Assembly (NCBI GenBank): GCA_041483895.1
Contig: JBGPGO010000001.1
Coordinates: 224,001 to 288,000, forward strand
DNA: 64,000 nt
DNA from: Fimbriimonadia bacterium
GTDB lineage: Bacteria; Armatimonadota; Fimbriimonadia; Fimbriimonadales; JABRVX01
Direction of reading: 5' to 3'
Of the stretch, positions 19,882 through 28,997 are shown piece by piece; the first letter of the stretch is position 1; each line of letters starts with the position of its first letter. The notes beneath the pieces are model-generated. The model was given only the letters and a program-made list of their open reading frames with translations, ran no database searches and was not told where the DNA came from. A program made the position numbers and the translations under genes.

Positions 19882-20586
19882 ATGTCGACCTCGATTACTT
19901 GGCTCGGCCATGCGGGGATAAAGCTGGTTAGCCCCGGTGGAAAAACGATCCTGATTGATCCCTGGTTTACGGGCAACCCAAAGGCCCCCTTCCCCATCGA
20001 ACAGCTCGACCGCTGCGATCTGCTGCTGATTACTCACGCCCACAGCGACCACGCCTCGGACGCGCCGGCCATCGCCAAGCGCTTCGGCTGCCCTCTGGTC
20101 ACGATCTTCGATTTCACCCAGATCCTGGCGAAGCAAGGGCTGGAAAACCTGATCGGCATCAACAAGGGTGGCTCGGTGGAGGTGCAAGGCATCAAGATAA
20201 CCGCCACTCAGGCTCTGCATAGCTCGACCTATACCGGTCCCGATGGCGAATCGGTCTACGCCGGGGAGCCAATGGGGTTTGTCCTCCGGCTGGAGGACGG
20301 AACGACGCTGTATCATGCCGGAGATACCGCTCTGTTTTGGGACATGAAGCTGATCGGGGAGATGCACCATCCCTCGCTCGCTTTCTTGCCGATCGGCGAC
20401 CATTTTACGATGGGTCCCATGGACGCGGCGTATGCGGCGAAGCTGCTGGAAGTGAAGAAGATCGTGCCGATCCACTGGGGCACCTTCCCACTTCTCATCG
20501 GCACGCCAGGGATGCTGAAACATCATCTGGAAGACACCAAGATCGACGTGATCGACCTGGCCCCCGGCGGGAGCTATACGCTGTAG
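19882..20586 (+). CDS. Metal-dependent hydrolase, metallo-beta-lactamase fold (UPF0173-like)
   Basis: ITWLGHA, IDPWFTGNP, THAHSDH, YHAGDT, PIHWGTFP; AAGGAG SD. Confidence 0.92.
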   Translation: MSTSITWLGHAGIKLVSPGGKTILIDPWFTGNPKAPFPIEQLDRCDLLLITHAHSDHASDAPAIAKRFGCPLVTIFDFTQILAKQGLENLIGINKGGSVEVQGIKITATQALHSSTYTGPDGESVYAGEPMGFVLRLEDGTTLYHAGDTALFWDMKLIGEMHHPSLAFLPIGDHFTMGPMDAAYAAKLLEVKKIVPIHWGTFPLLIGTPGMLKHHLEDTKIDVIDLAPGGSYTL

Positions 20587-20595
20587 CCGTTACAT

Positions 20596-20770
20596 CCCTC
20601 AAACAGGTCCTCCTGTTGAGGGTCTTTGGGACGCTCCCTGCCACCAAAACCCCCTCGGATGGTGTAAGATATCCACATGGCAGGCAACCGGCATTTCGGG
20701 AGATAAGTAAGATGAGTTCATCATGGCCGAAGCGGTCGGTACGGACCCTCAACAATATGATTGTTGAGGC
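20596..20770. repeat. Two further CCCT..AGGG family palindromes
   Basis: ccctcaaacaggtcctcctgttgaggg (20596-20622) and ccctcaacaatatgattgttgaggc (20746-20770). Confidence 0.75.
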
Positions 20771-20782
20771 ATTACATTCGAG

Positions 20783-21287
20783 GAGCAATCCGACCTTGCG
20801 GACCCAGGACAGCAAGCCGACGACCTGGACCTACGACGCTCTGGGGAGGCTGACCGGCGAGAAGTACGGCGGCACCCCGGCCTACAACCACACGTTTGCC
20901 TACGATTCTGTTGGCAACCGAACCATGTGGCACAAGGGCGGGACCGGCTTTAGCGAGAAGTACCATTTGAACACCTACGACAAGGCCGATCAGTTGACTC
21001 ACAGGACGGAAAAGGATGGGTTGCCGCAGACCGATTGGACCTACGTGCATGATGAGCGTGGTAACATGACAGAGTGGGGTCAAGGAGCAGGGTTACCGCT
21101 CAGCAACCCGACGACCTACGCGTATGATCTTGCGAACCGGATGATCAGCATCATTGCTTCCGGCGGTCTAAGGAGCACTTACACTTACGATGGTGACGGG
21201 TTGCGCCGCTCCAAGTGGGAACCGGCGGGGAGTCTGACCACCTTCGTCTGGGACGGCGATGATGTATTGCAAGAGAGAACGGACTAG
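20783..21287 (+). pseudogene. Rhs/YD-repeat fragment, 5'-truncated
   Basis: TTWTYDALGRL, YDSVGNR, YDKADQL, YDLANRM, YTYDGDGLRR, TTFVWDG; no plausible start or SD. Confidence 0.8.
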
Positions 21288-21289
21288 TC

Positions 21290-21442
21290 ATGGGAGTCGT
21301 CAACTACAGCTACGGCAACGGGCAGTTGGTTTCGGAGACGAGAGCAGGCGTCCATTCCGCCTACTGGTTCGATGCCCTGGGTAACACCACCAAGCTGATC
21401 GACACAACGAGCCTCACCGTTACCGACAAGTTGAATCCCTAA
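21290..21442 (+). pseudogene. Start of Rhs-associated core ORF, 3'-truncated (50 aa)
   Basis: My translation: MGVVNYSYGNGQLVSETRAGVHSAYWFDALGNTTKLIDTTSLTVTDKLNP*. Has the YxxDALG motif but no PYG/DPxG core and no toxin tip. Confidence 0.7.
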
Positions 21443-21498
21443 ACAATCACATTGTTTAGGGGCTGGTTTTGTATCCCTCCGCACGACGTGCGGAGGGA
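21437..21498. repeat. CCCT..AGGG family palindromes (copies 6 and 7)
   Basis: ccctaaacaatcacattgtttaggg (21437-21461, perfect 11-bp arms); tccctccgcacgacgtgcggaggga (21474-21498, may be the terminator of 21512-21913). Confidence 0.75.
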
Positions 21499-21511
21499 AT
21501 GCGCGTCCGAT

Positions 21512-21913
21512 CTACTTCCGCCTACCCGTCGGGCCGACCTGCTCCGGGAGGAGGTGCATGGCATCGATGTTCTTCGCCAACTGATCGCGCCACGATTTTG
21601 CGACCTTGTCCACCGTCGTCTTCGCCAGTTTCGCGTCTGCGACAGTCGCCACCGCGAATAGGTGACCCTTGACATAGATCGACCGATCCGCGCCGGTCTT
21701 CTTGATCACCACCTCCGCCGGTGTGATACTCGTCTCACCCAAGATATCGATCATCCTGCTGTCGATCTCGGCCACGCGCTGCGCCGGGGTCTTCCCCGCC
21801 GCAGAAGCCGTAATATAGAAAATCGTCCTACCCGCAAATGTGACAGGCTCGGCAAGCGCCGGCACGGTGAGCGCCACCACCGCTATCGCAATCATCCATC
21901 GCAAAACCTTCAT
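21512..21913 (-). CDS. Secreted hypothetical protein
   Basis: Signal peptide MKVLRWMIAIAVVALTVPALA; AGGAGG SD. Confidence 0.75.
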   Translation of the reverse strand: MKVLRWMIAIAVVALTVPALAEPVTFAGRTIFYITASAAGKTPAQRVAEIDSRMIDILGETSITPAEVVIKKTGADRSIYVKGHLFAVATVADAKLAKTTVDKVAKSWRDQLAKNIDAMHLLPEQVGPTGRRK

Positions 21914-21992
21914 TCCATCCTCCTTGCTTTGGGCCTATGCGCCCGGTTCGGCCCGATTATACCGGGGTACCATCGGCGCGAGGAGGAATGCA

Positions 21993-23585
21993 ATGACGCT
22001 TGAGCAGTTTATCGAGGACCACACGAATACGGTCGAGGCGCTGGCAACTGAGGCGCACGGAGCCTATTGGGACTTTGAGACCACCGGCAAGGAAGAGGCC
22101 ATGAACCGCGCGGCCGAAGCGGACAAGAAGCATCGCGGGGTGTATGCCGAGCCGGGACCATTGGCGTTCCTCAAGGGAATCGATGGTTCCTCGATCTCTG
22201 ATGCCCGGACGCGGCGCATTCATAAATTGCTCGTTGACGCTTATCGCGGTGGGCAGATGAGCAAGGAGGCCATCGCGGCCATCGTCGCCAAAGAGACCGA
22301 GATTGGGAACATCTATAACCACTTTCGGTCCGAGTTGAACGGCGAAAAAGTTTCTGACAACGTGATCGTCGATATCTTGCGGGCAAGCAACGATAAAGGG
22401 GAGCGGCGGGCGGCATGGGAGGCTAGCAAGCAGATCGGCCCCTCTGTTGCGCCGCTGATCAGGGAGGTCGCCGATCTTCGAAACAGGGAATCCAAACGGC
22501 TGGGATTCAAGGACTTTTATTGGCAGAGCATGGAATTGCAGGAGCAGAATGTGGACGAGCTGTTTGGGTTGCTCGGCGAATTGGACCGCGCATCCGAGCT
22601 GCTGTTCACCAAATTGAAGTCGCAGCTCGATGAGGAGATTGGGACGCGATGTAGGCTTTCTGAGACGGAAAAATCGATGCCGTGGAATTATGCCGACCCG
22701 TTTTTCCAAGGAGCGCCTCCGGGAAAACTAAATCTCGACAAGTATTTTGAGGAAAAGAATCTGGAAGAGCTGACGATCCGATTCTTCGACCGCATTGGTC
22801 TGCCGATTGCAGACCTATTGCCTAAGTCAAGCTTGTATGAGGCGGTGGGAAAGAACCAACACGCATCCTGCCACGACATCGATCGCAAAGGGGACGTGCG
22901 GGTGCTGTGCAACATCCGCCCGACATCGCGGTGGATGGGTACTATGCTGCACGAGTTCGGCCATGCGGTATATGATAAGTATATGGACGCATCCCTGCCG
23001 TGGCTGCTCCGCACACCAAGTCATATTCTGACGACGGAAGCCATCGCTATCTTCATGGGTGGGCTCAGCAGCGGCGAGGCATGGTTGAAAGAGTATGTGG
23101 GAGTGGAGCCGTCCGAGGCCGCCGCCGTCGCCGCCGAGGCACGCCGCGAGGACCGGGCGCAAAAACTGATATTCACGCGATGGGTGCTAGTGATGACCGC
23201 ATTCGAGCGTGGTATGTATGAGAACCCGGATCGCGATCTCAATTCGTTTTGGTGGGACAGTGTGACAAAGTTCCAACAGGTGCGAAAACCGGAGGGACGC
23301 AACGGGCCGGATTGGGCGACGAAGTTGCACGTTGCGCTTGCGCCGGCATACTATCATAACTATCTGTTGGGTGATATGTATGCGTGCCAATTGCGGCATC
23401 ACATACTTACCAACGTGTTAGATGGCGGTGACATGCATGACTTGGTTACCAGCAAGCGGCTCGGCGAATTTTTGCGCGATGGTTTGTTTGCGATGGGTGC
23501 GTCGCATGAATGGAAGGAGACCATAGAGCGGACGACGGGCGAGCCGTTGAATCCGGCGTATTTTGTCAAAGAGTGTCAGGAGTGA
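21993..23585 (+). CDS. Zinc metallopeptidase, M2/M3 (peptidyl-dipeptidase-like) family
   Basis: HEFGH zinc motif, downstream TTEAIA, KLHV..PAYYHNYLLG; AGGAGG SD. Confidence 0.88.
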   Translation: MTLEQFIEDHTNTVEALATEAHGAYWDFETTGKEEAMNRAAEADKKHRGVYAEPGPLAFLKGIDGSSISDARTRRIHKLLVDAYRGGQMSKEAIAAIVAKETEIGNIYNHFRSELNGEKVSDNVIVDILRASNDKGERRAAWEASKQIGPSVAPLIREVADLRNRESKRLGFKDFYWQSMELQEQNVDELFGLLGELDRASELLFTKLKSQLDEEIGTRCRLSETEKSMPWNYADPFFQGAPPGKLNLDKYFEEKNLEELTIRFFDRIGLPIADLLPKSSLYEAVGKNQHASCHDIDRKGDVRVLCNIRPTSRWMGTMLHEFGHAVYDKYMDASLPWLLRTPSHILTTEAIAIFMGGLSSGEAWLKEYVGVEPSEAAAVAAEARREDRAQKLIFTRWVLVMTAFERGMYENPDRDLNSFWWDSVTKFQQVRKPEGRNGPDWATKLHVALAPAYYHNYLLGDMYACQLRHHILTNVLDGGDMHDLVTSKRLGEFLRDGLFAMGASHEWKETIERTTGEPLNPAYFVKECQE

Positions 23586-23606
23586 TTGAACTCCGCAACG
23601 CAGGAC

Positions 23607-23945
23607 CTATGGATGCGGCTGGTGCCAATCGATAACGGAGAACTTTCCGATTTGGAAGTCGTGGATGCGCTCTTCTATGGCGAGAATGCACGCTTGGTAA
23701 TCCTCCAAAGTATCAATAACTGCTGCTGGTACAACAACCGCAATCTTGAGATGCGCGATGGACGTCTGAAACGGCAGATTAGCATCAACGGTAAAAATCA
23801 GGTCGAATTCCTCGCTTGCTCGTTCTAACAGCTCACCGTTATCGATTCCCAACCACTTCATATCTCGGACATGGCGAACGAAGTGCTCATCTGAAAAGAA
23901 GCGCTTGCAACGTCGATCGACGCATTCATCAAGGAGGATTTTCAT
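23607..23945 (-). CDS. PIN-like toxin (DUF5615 family)
   Basis: MKILLDECV..HVRDMKWLGIDNGELL..IFTVDANL..Q; downstream of a DUF433 gene. Confidence 0.85.
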   Translation of the reverse strand: MKILLDECVDRRCKRFFSDEHFVRHVRDMKWLGIDNGELLERASEEFDLIFTVDANLPFQTSIAHLKIAVVVPAAVIDTLEDYQACILAIEERIHDFQIGKFSVIDWHQPHP

Positions 23946-23952
23946 CCGAAGA

Positions 23953-24183
23953 CTAGGCTGACTTCGCCTGGAGAGTTTCATGTTCAAGCGATTCGAGCGT
24001 GTGGGTCAGGACGGCAACAGCTTGCTCCCTCGAAACGCTTGGAAATCCGTCCAGAAAGTAATCGATATCGTGTCCGTGCTCCAAGTAGGAAAATAGAATT
24101 CGGACGGGTACGCGCGTCCCGGCGAAACATAGCGCCCCGCTCATTATTTTCGGATTCCTTCGGATTGCTTCATCGATCTTCAT
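23953..24183 (-). CDS. DUF433 family antitoxin
   Basis: NPKIMSGALCFAGTRVPV..FLDGFPSVSREQ. Confidence 0.9.
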   Translation of the reverse strand: MKIDEAIRRNPKIMSGALCFAGTRVPVRILFSYLEHGHDIDYFLDGFPSVSREQAVAVLTHTLESLEHETLQAKSA

Positions 24184-24207
24184 TACGACCTGATTATGAC
24201 CTATTTA

Positions 24208-25557
24208 TTAGGATCTCGCACCATCAACTCCTGATATTTTTACGGCCTGTTGGACATCCACAGCCTTAACGACCTTCAGCCCCGCGTCATCGGAATGGGC
24301 CTGATTCGCGCTCACCAAAGCGTTCTTGAACCCCAACCGCGCTGCCTCTTTCAACCGCCGATCCGCGTGATTCACCGACCGAATCTCGCCCCCAAGGCCG
24401 ACCTCGCCAAATGCGATCAGGTCAGGACGGAGCGGCTTGTCTCGAAGGCTGGAGGCGGCGGCAAGCAGCGCCGGAAGATCAGCCGCCGGCTCGTCGATCC
24501 GCAGCCCCGCCGTTACATTGATGAAGACGTCCTGCGCTCCCATCCGCATGTTCAGCCGCTTCTCCATTACCGCCAAAACAATTGTCATCCGGTTATAGTC
24601 CGCGCCGGTGATCACGCGCCGCGGGCTGGTCAGAAAACTCGGCGTGCATAGCGCCTGGATCTCCGCCAGCAGACACCGCGTGCCTTCCATGATCGGCACT
24701 ACAGCAGACCCGGACGCCTCTTTCGACCGTTCCGATAGCAGTGCGGCCGAGGCATTTTCCACATAGCGCAGACCGGTCTCCCCCATCTCGAACAGAGCGA
24801 TTTCCTCTGTTGCGCCAAATCGGTTTTTTGCGGCGCGCAACACCCGATACGGACCGGTGCGCTCGCCATCGAAGTAAAGAACGACATCCACCAAATGCTC
24901 CAAAACTCGCGGCCCGGCAATCGAGCCATCCTTCGTCACGTGGCCAATGAGAACTATTGGAACGTCCGTCTCTTTGGCAATCCGTTGGAGGATCGCGGCG
25001 CACTCCCTCACTTGGCCGACGCTGCCTGGCGCCGACTGCAACGAATCCGTTCGCACCGCCTGAATCGAATCGACGATGACCAAACTCGCCGCCGGAATGA
25101 GCGTTGCGATCGATTCCACGAAGTTCTCGCTGGTGATGAGAAAATTTTCCGGGAGCCGTCCCAGCCGCTCCGTTCGCATCTTCACCTGCTTCGGCGATTC
25201 TTCCGCCGAGACATAGAGGACGGTTTCCTGACCGGCGATTTGCATCGCGGCTTGGGTAACGAGTGTCGACTTCCCTACGCCCGGCTCTCCGCCGATCAGA
25301 ATGACGGATCCGGGCACGATTCCGCCGCCCAGAACCTGGTCCAACCCCGCGACATTGGTTGGCCGCCGATCCTCCGGCGCTGACGGCACCGCCATGAGTG
25401 CAATCGCTTGCGTTGTCGCAACCTTCGATGGCGCGCGATGGCTCGTCGGCTCCTCCACGATGGAGTTCCATGAGTTGCAGGCGGCGCACCGGCCGGTCCA
25501 TTTAGCCGACTCCGCGCCGCATTCTTGACAAATGAACTGGGTGGTTGCTTTAGCCAT
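24208..25557 (-). CDS. radA: DNA repair protein RadA/Sms
   Basis: C4 zinc finger CQECG..CAAC, GEPGVGKS, KNRFG, Lon-like C-terminus. Confidence 0.97.
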   Translation of the reverse strand: MAKATTQFICQECGAESAKWTGRCAACNSWNSIVEEPTSHRAPSKVATTQAIALMAVPSAPEDRRPTNVAGLDQVLGGGIVPGSVILIGGEPGVGKSTLVTQAAMQIAGQETVLYVSAEESPKQVKMRTERLGRLPENFLITSENFVESIATLIPAASLVIVDSIQAVRTDSLQSAPGSVGQVRECAAILQRIAKETDVPIVLIGHVTKDGSIAGPRVLEHLVDVVLYFDGERTGPYRVLRAAKNRFGATEEIALFEMGETGLRYVENASAALLSERSKEASGSAVVPIMEGTRCLLAEIQALCTPSFLTSPRRVITGADYNRMTIVLAVMEKRLNMRMGAQDVFINVTAGLRIDEPAADLPALLAAASSLRDKPLRPDLIAFGEVGLGGEIRSVNHADRRLKEAARLGFKNALVSANQAHSDDAGLKVVKAVDVQQAVKISGVDGARS

Positions 25558-26629
25558 GCCGTGTCCTTAACGCCTTAATCGGCCCCTCATCAATTGCACG
25601 CAAGAGTTTGCCCAGGTATTCCGTCATGTCCGGCCCTTCCGGCGCCTCCCGATCGAAAAAGTGATGCGCGCCGATCTCGCGCGCCGTCGGCTCCGGTATG
25701 TCATCCGGCAACGCGACATCGAGCCATTCCGCGCACGCCAGCGTCCAAATTCGCGGAACCGTCGTCAGATTGTATCCTCCACCGCCGACGGCAACGGTCG
25801 GCAATCCGAAGCTCTTGATCAATTTAACACCTTCCAGCCATCCCTGCGCAGTTAGCTGGAGGTTGCCGAGCGGATCCAAAAAATGCGCGTCCGCGCCCAT
25901 CTGCAAAACGACCGCTTCGGGCCGAAACAGATCGAACGCTTTCCGTACCGTGGGCTCCAATGCCGAGAGCCAATATCGATCCGTTGTGGCGGGAGGAAGC
26001 GGAATATTAATCGACGTCCCGGCGGCATCGCCCTCGCCCATCTCGCGCACAGACCCGGTACCGGGAAACAGCGTCCGACCGTCCTGATGAACAGAGACTG
26101 TCAGCACCGTGGGATCGTCATAGAATAGCCACTGCACACCATCGCCGTGATGCAAATCTATATCGACGTATGCGACTCTTTGAAAGCGATCTCTGAGGAT
26201 GGAGCAAGCGATGGCAGGGTCGTTGAAGATGCAGAACCCGCTGACGCGATCTCGCAGCGCATGATGCAGGCCGCCGCTGATGTTTATCGCGACTGGTGCT
26301 CCCTCCAGCACCGCATAGGATGCCGCAATTGTCGCCCCGGTATAGGCAATCGATGCCTCATACATGCCGGCAAAGGCCGGGTTGTCGCCGGGCCCAAAGC
26401 CGAAGTCGCCACTGCCGGATTGCACGGCGGCGATGTATTCCGGTGAATGAATACGCAGGAGGTCGGTGACGGCCGCCGGTTCGGGCTGCTCGACGGGAGT
26501 ATTCTCGAAAAGCCCAACCGCTTGCATCAGTTTTAGCGTTCGCTGCAGTCGCTGCGGCTTCAGCGGATGATGAAGCCCGAAATCATACTCAAACGCGCCC
26601 GGATGGAAAAAGAAGCGCAGCCGGCTCAC
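25550..26629 (-). CDS. acuC: Acetoin utilization protein AcuC / histone deacetylase family
   Basis: HPLKPQR, GGLHHA, GFCIFND, DIDLHHGDG, GGGGY. Confidence 0.88.
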   Translation of the reverse strand: MSRLRFFFHPGAFEYDFGLHHPLKPQRLQRTLKLMQAVGLFENTPVEQPEPAAVTDLLRIHSPEYIAAVQSGSGDFGFGPGDNPAFAGMYEASIAYTGATIAASYAVLEGAPVAINISGGLHHALRDRVSGFCIFNDPAIACSILRDRFQRVAYVDIDLHHGDGVQWLFYDDPTVLTVSVHQDGRTLFPGTGSVREMGEGDAAGTSINIPLPPATTDRYWLSALEPTVRKAFDLFRPEAVVLQMGADAHFLDPLGNLQLTAQGWLEGVKLIKSFGLPTVAVGGGGYNLTTVPRIWTLACAEWLDVALPDDIPEPTAREIGAHHFFDREAPEGPDMTEYLGKLLRAIDEGPIKALRTRHG

Positions 26630-27504
26630 AACTTTCCGAACTGCTGCAATGCTTTCCGGACCAGGTCGCGCTGCTCGTTAGTGAGCGGCACCATCGGCAA
26701 ACGCAGCGGGCCGACATCAAATCCTATCATTCCCATCGCCTCTTTGATTGGCACGGGATTCACCGTGCAGAACAGCGCGCGGATCAAAGGGTTCATTCGC
26801 TTGTGCAGTTCAATCGCCTGCGCGTTTCGGCCTGCGAGGAAATGGTCCAGCATTGTGGAAATCTCGCGCCCGGCGACGTGGGCGATGACGCTCACTATGC
26901 CATATCCTCCGACCGCCATAAGCGGCAAAGTCAGTGCGTCATCTCCGCTATAGACGCGGAACCCCTCCGGCATCTGCTCGCAAACTTCGGAGATTTGTGA
27001 TATGCTTCCGCTGGCTTCTTTTACGGCAACGATGTTGCCAATCTCGGCCATCCGCAGCAGCGTCACAGTCTCGATGTTGACCGCCGTCCGGCCCTGTATG
27101 TTATAAATAATAATCGGAAGCCGGGTCTTTGCGGCCACGGCGGCAAAGTGCTGATACAGACCCTCTTGCGACGGCTTGTTGTAATACGGCGACACCAACA
27201 TCGCCCCGTCCATCCCGCGCTCCTCGGCCTCCATAGTGAGCTGGATCGATTCCTGCGTGTTGTTGGATCCGGTGCCCGCGACCACGGCGCCCCGGTCGCC
27301 TATCGCTTCCTTGACGACCTCGAAACACCGCAGCTTTTCGTCGTGTGTGAGCGTCGGCGATTCCCCGGTGGTGCCGGCGACAACCACGCCGGTCGTGCCC
27401 GTGTCCACCAAATGATTCGCGATCCGCGCCAGCTCTTTGAAGTTCACTCCCGTCGAATCGAAGGGCGTGATGATGGCGGTCAGCAGTCGGCCCCAGTCCT
27501 TCAT
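26626..27504 (-). CDS. dapA: 4-hydroxy-tetrahydrodipicolinate synthase
   Basis: GTTGES, PYYNKP, YNIQGRT, VKEASG. Confidence 0.97.
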   Translation of the reverse strand: MKDWGRLLTAIITPFDSTGVNFKELARIANHLVDTGTTGVVVAGTTGESPTLTHDEKLRCFEVVKEAIGDRGAVVAGTGSNNTQESIQLTMEAEERGMDGAMLVSPYYNKPSQEGLYQHFAAVAAKTRLPIIIYNIQGRTAVNIETVTLLRMAEIGNIVAVKEASGSISQISEVCEQMPEGFRVYSGDDALTLPLMAVGGYGIVSVIAHVAGREISTMLDHFLAGRNAQAIELHKRMNPLIRALFCTVNPVPIKEAMGMIGFDVGPLRLPMVPLTNEQRDLVRKALQQFGKL

Positions 27505-28520
27505 ACCAGGCTCCTTTCCCGTACAAACTTGATCATCTCTTCGGCGATTTGGATGCTGTTGAGGGCGGCGCCTTTCCGCAGCTGATCCCCGGAAATTAGC
27601 AAGTTTAGTGCCCGAATGTTGTACAAATCCTTGCGAATTCTACCGACCAAGACATCGTCCGTCCCGCTCGCGTCGATGGGCATGGGAAACGTATTGTTGG
27701 CCCGGTCATCGATCACCCGCACGCCTGGAAAGCCATCGTAGGCCAGCCGAGCGGCCCCTTCCTCAATCTCCCGGTCGAAGATGATGTGAACGGATTCCGT
27801 ATGGGCGCGCAGGATCGGAACCCGAACGCATGTCGGCGTGACCTCTATCGATGGATCCGACAAGATCTTCTGCGTCTCGGCCACCACCTTTCGCTCCTCT
27901 TCGTTCAGCCCGGTTTCATCGATAGGGGTGTTGTGGCTGAATAGATTGAATGCGATCTGGTGCGGAAACTGGACCGGGATCGGTTTCTCGCCTTGCAGCA
28001 CCTGCTTCGTCTGGTCGATCAACTCCTGCATGGCCTTGGCCCCGGCCCCGCTTGCGGCCTGGTAAGTGGACACGATGACCCTCTGAATCTTGCCCAACTT
28101 TCGCAGGGGAGCGATGCCCATCACAAGCATGATTGCCGTGCAGTTGGGAACGGCGGCGATGGTGGTGTCAGCCGTCAGCGCGTCGGGATTGATCTCGGGC
28201 ACAACAAGCGGAACGTTTGCGTCCATTCGGAACGCGCTAGAGTTGTCGATCACCCGCGCGCCCGCCTCGACGGCAATCGGCGTAAACTGTTTCGACGTGC
28301 CGCTGCCGGCGGAAAAGAACACGATATCGAGGCTACGAAAACCGTCCGCAGACGGAACATCAACGACGCAGGATCGGCCACACGCCTCAATCACCCGGCC
28401 TTTAGATGCGGCCGACGCAAACAGCCGCAAATCCGATAGAGGAAACTTTCGTTCCTCCAGCAGCTTGATCAACTCCTCGCCAACGGCGCCGGTCGCCCCG
28501 ACAATTCCAACGTTAAACAT
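27501..28520 (-). CDS. asd: Aspartate-semialdehyde dehydrogenase
   Basis: GATGAVG, DNSSAFR, PNCT, STYQAASGAG, LRKGAALN. Confidence 0.97.
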   Translation of the reverse strand: MFNVGIVGATGAVGEELIKLLEERKFPLSDLRLFASAASKGRVIEACGRSCVVDVPSADGFRSLDIVFFSAGSGTSKQFTPIAVEAGARVIDNSSAFRMDANVPLVVPEINPDALTADTTIAAVPNCTAIMLVMGIAPLRKLGKIQRVIVSTYQAASGAGAKAMQELIDQTKQVLQGEKPIPVQFPHQIAFNLFSHNTPIDETGLNEEERKVVAETQKILSDPSIEVTPTCVRVPILRAHTESVHIIFDREIEEGAARLAYDGFPGVRVIDDRANNTFPMPIDASGTDDVLVGRIRKDLYNIRALNLLISGDQLRKGAALNSIQIAEEMIKFVRERSLV

Positions 28521-28640
28521 ACGATCCAAGTATTGCTCCTCTCTTGATGCCAAGAAGGATACCCTGTCAAATGATCGTCGCCACAGACCAAAACAGTTAT
28601 TCAGGACTAGCCAACAGCCTCCGGGTGTACGGCCTTGATT

Positions 28641-28715
28641 TCAGCACCGAATCGACTGAAAACTGTCCAATTCCGCAAGTCGCAACAAGACGTTGGTGTC
28701 AACAATCCAGCGCAT
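28641..28715 (-). pseudogene. Truncated PIN/VapC toxin remnant (24 aa)
   Basis: MRWIVDTNVLLRLAELDSFQSIRC* starts immediately after the stop of the small upstream gene; VDTNVL is the PIN N-terminal motif. Confidence 0.65.
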
Positions 28716-28943
28716 TCAATCGTCGCCTTCGTAAATGTCTTCTGCCTTCAACAATTTCATGATTCTTGGTTTCCCTGCCATGAGTTTTTGAACTAGCTCG
28801 CGCGCTGCATTCCATGCTGATTCGTCAAAATTCGACGCACGATTTCTGTCAATGACACGCACTTGGACGCGATGCCCCTTCAACTCGCTACCATGCCTTT
28901 CAGAAACTTCTTCCCATGTGCCTTCAATCAATCGCTCATCCAT
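28716..28943 (-). CDS. Small hypothetical protein, putative antitoxin
   Basis: MDERLIEGTWEEV..GHRVQVRV..AEDIYEGDD; abuts the PIN remnant. Confidence 0.6.
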   Translation of the reverse strand: MDERLIEGTWEEVSERHGSELKGHRVQVRVIDRNRASNFDESAWNAARELVQKLMAGKPRIMKLLKAEDIYEGDD

Positions 28944-28997
28944 AGTTGCTAACCCCAATTCTCGATGATATCGCACGACAATAACGGCTGATTTGAC

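Noticed and set aside
20337..21287. 316-aa ORF as an intact Rhs gene
   Set aside because: The first ~150 codons overlap the hydrolase gene and palindromic intergenic DNA; YD similarity begins only near 20783.
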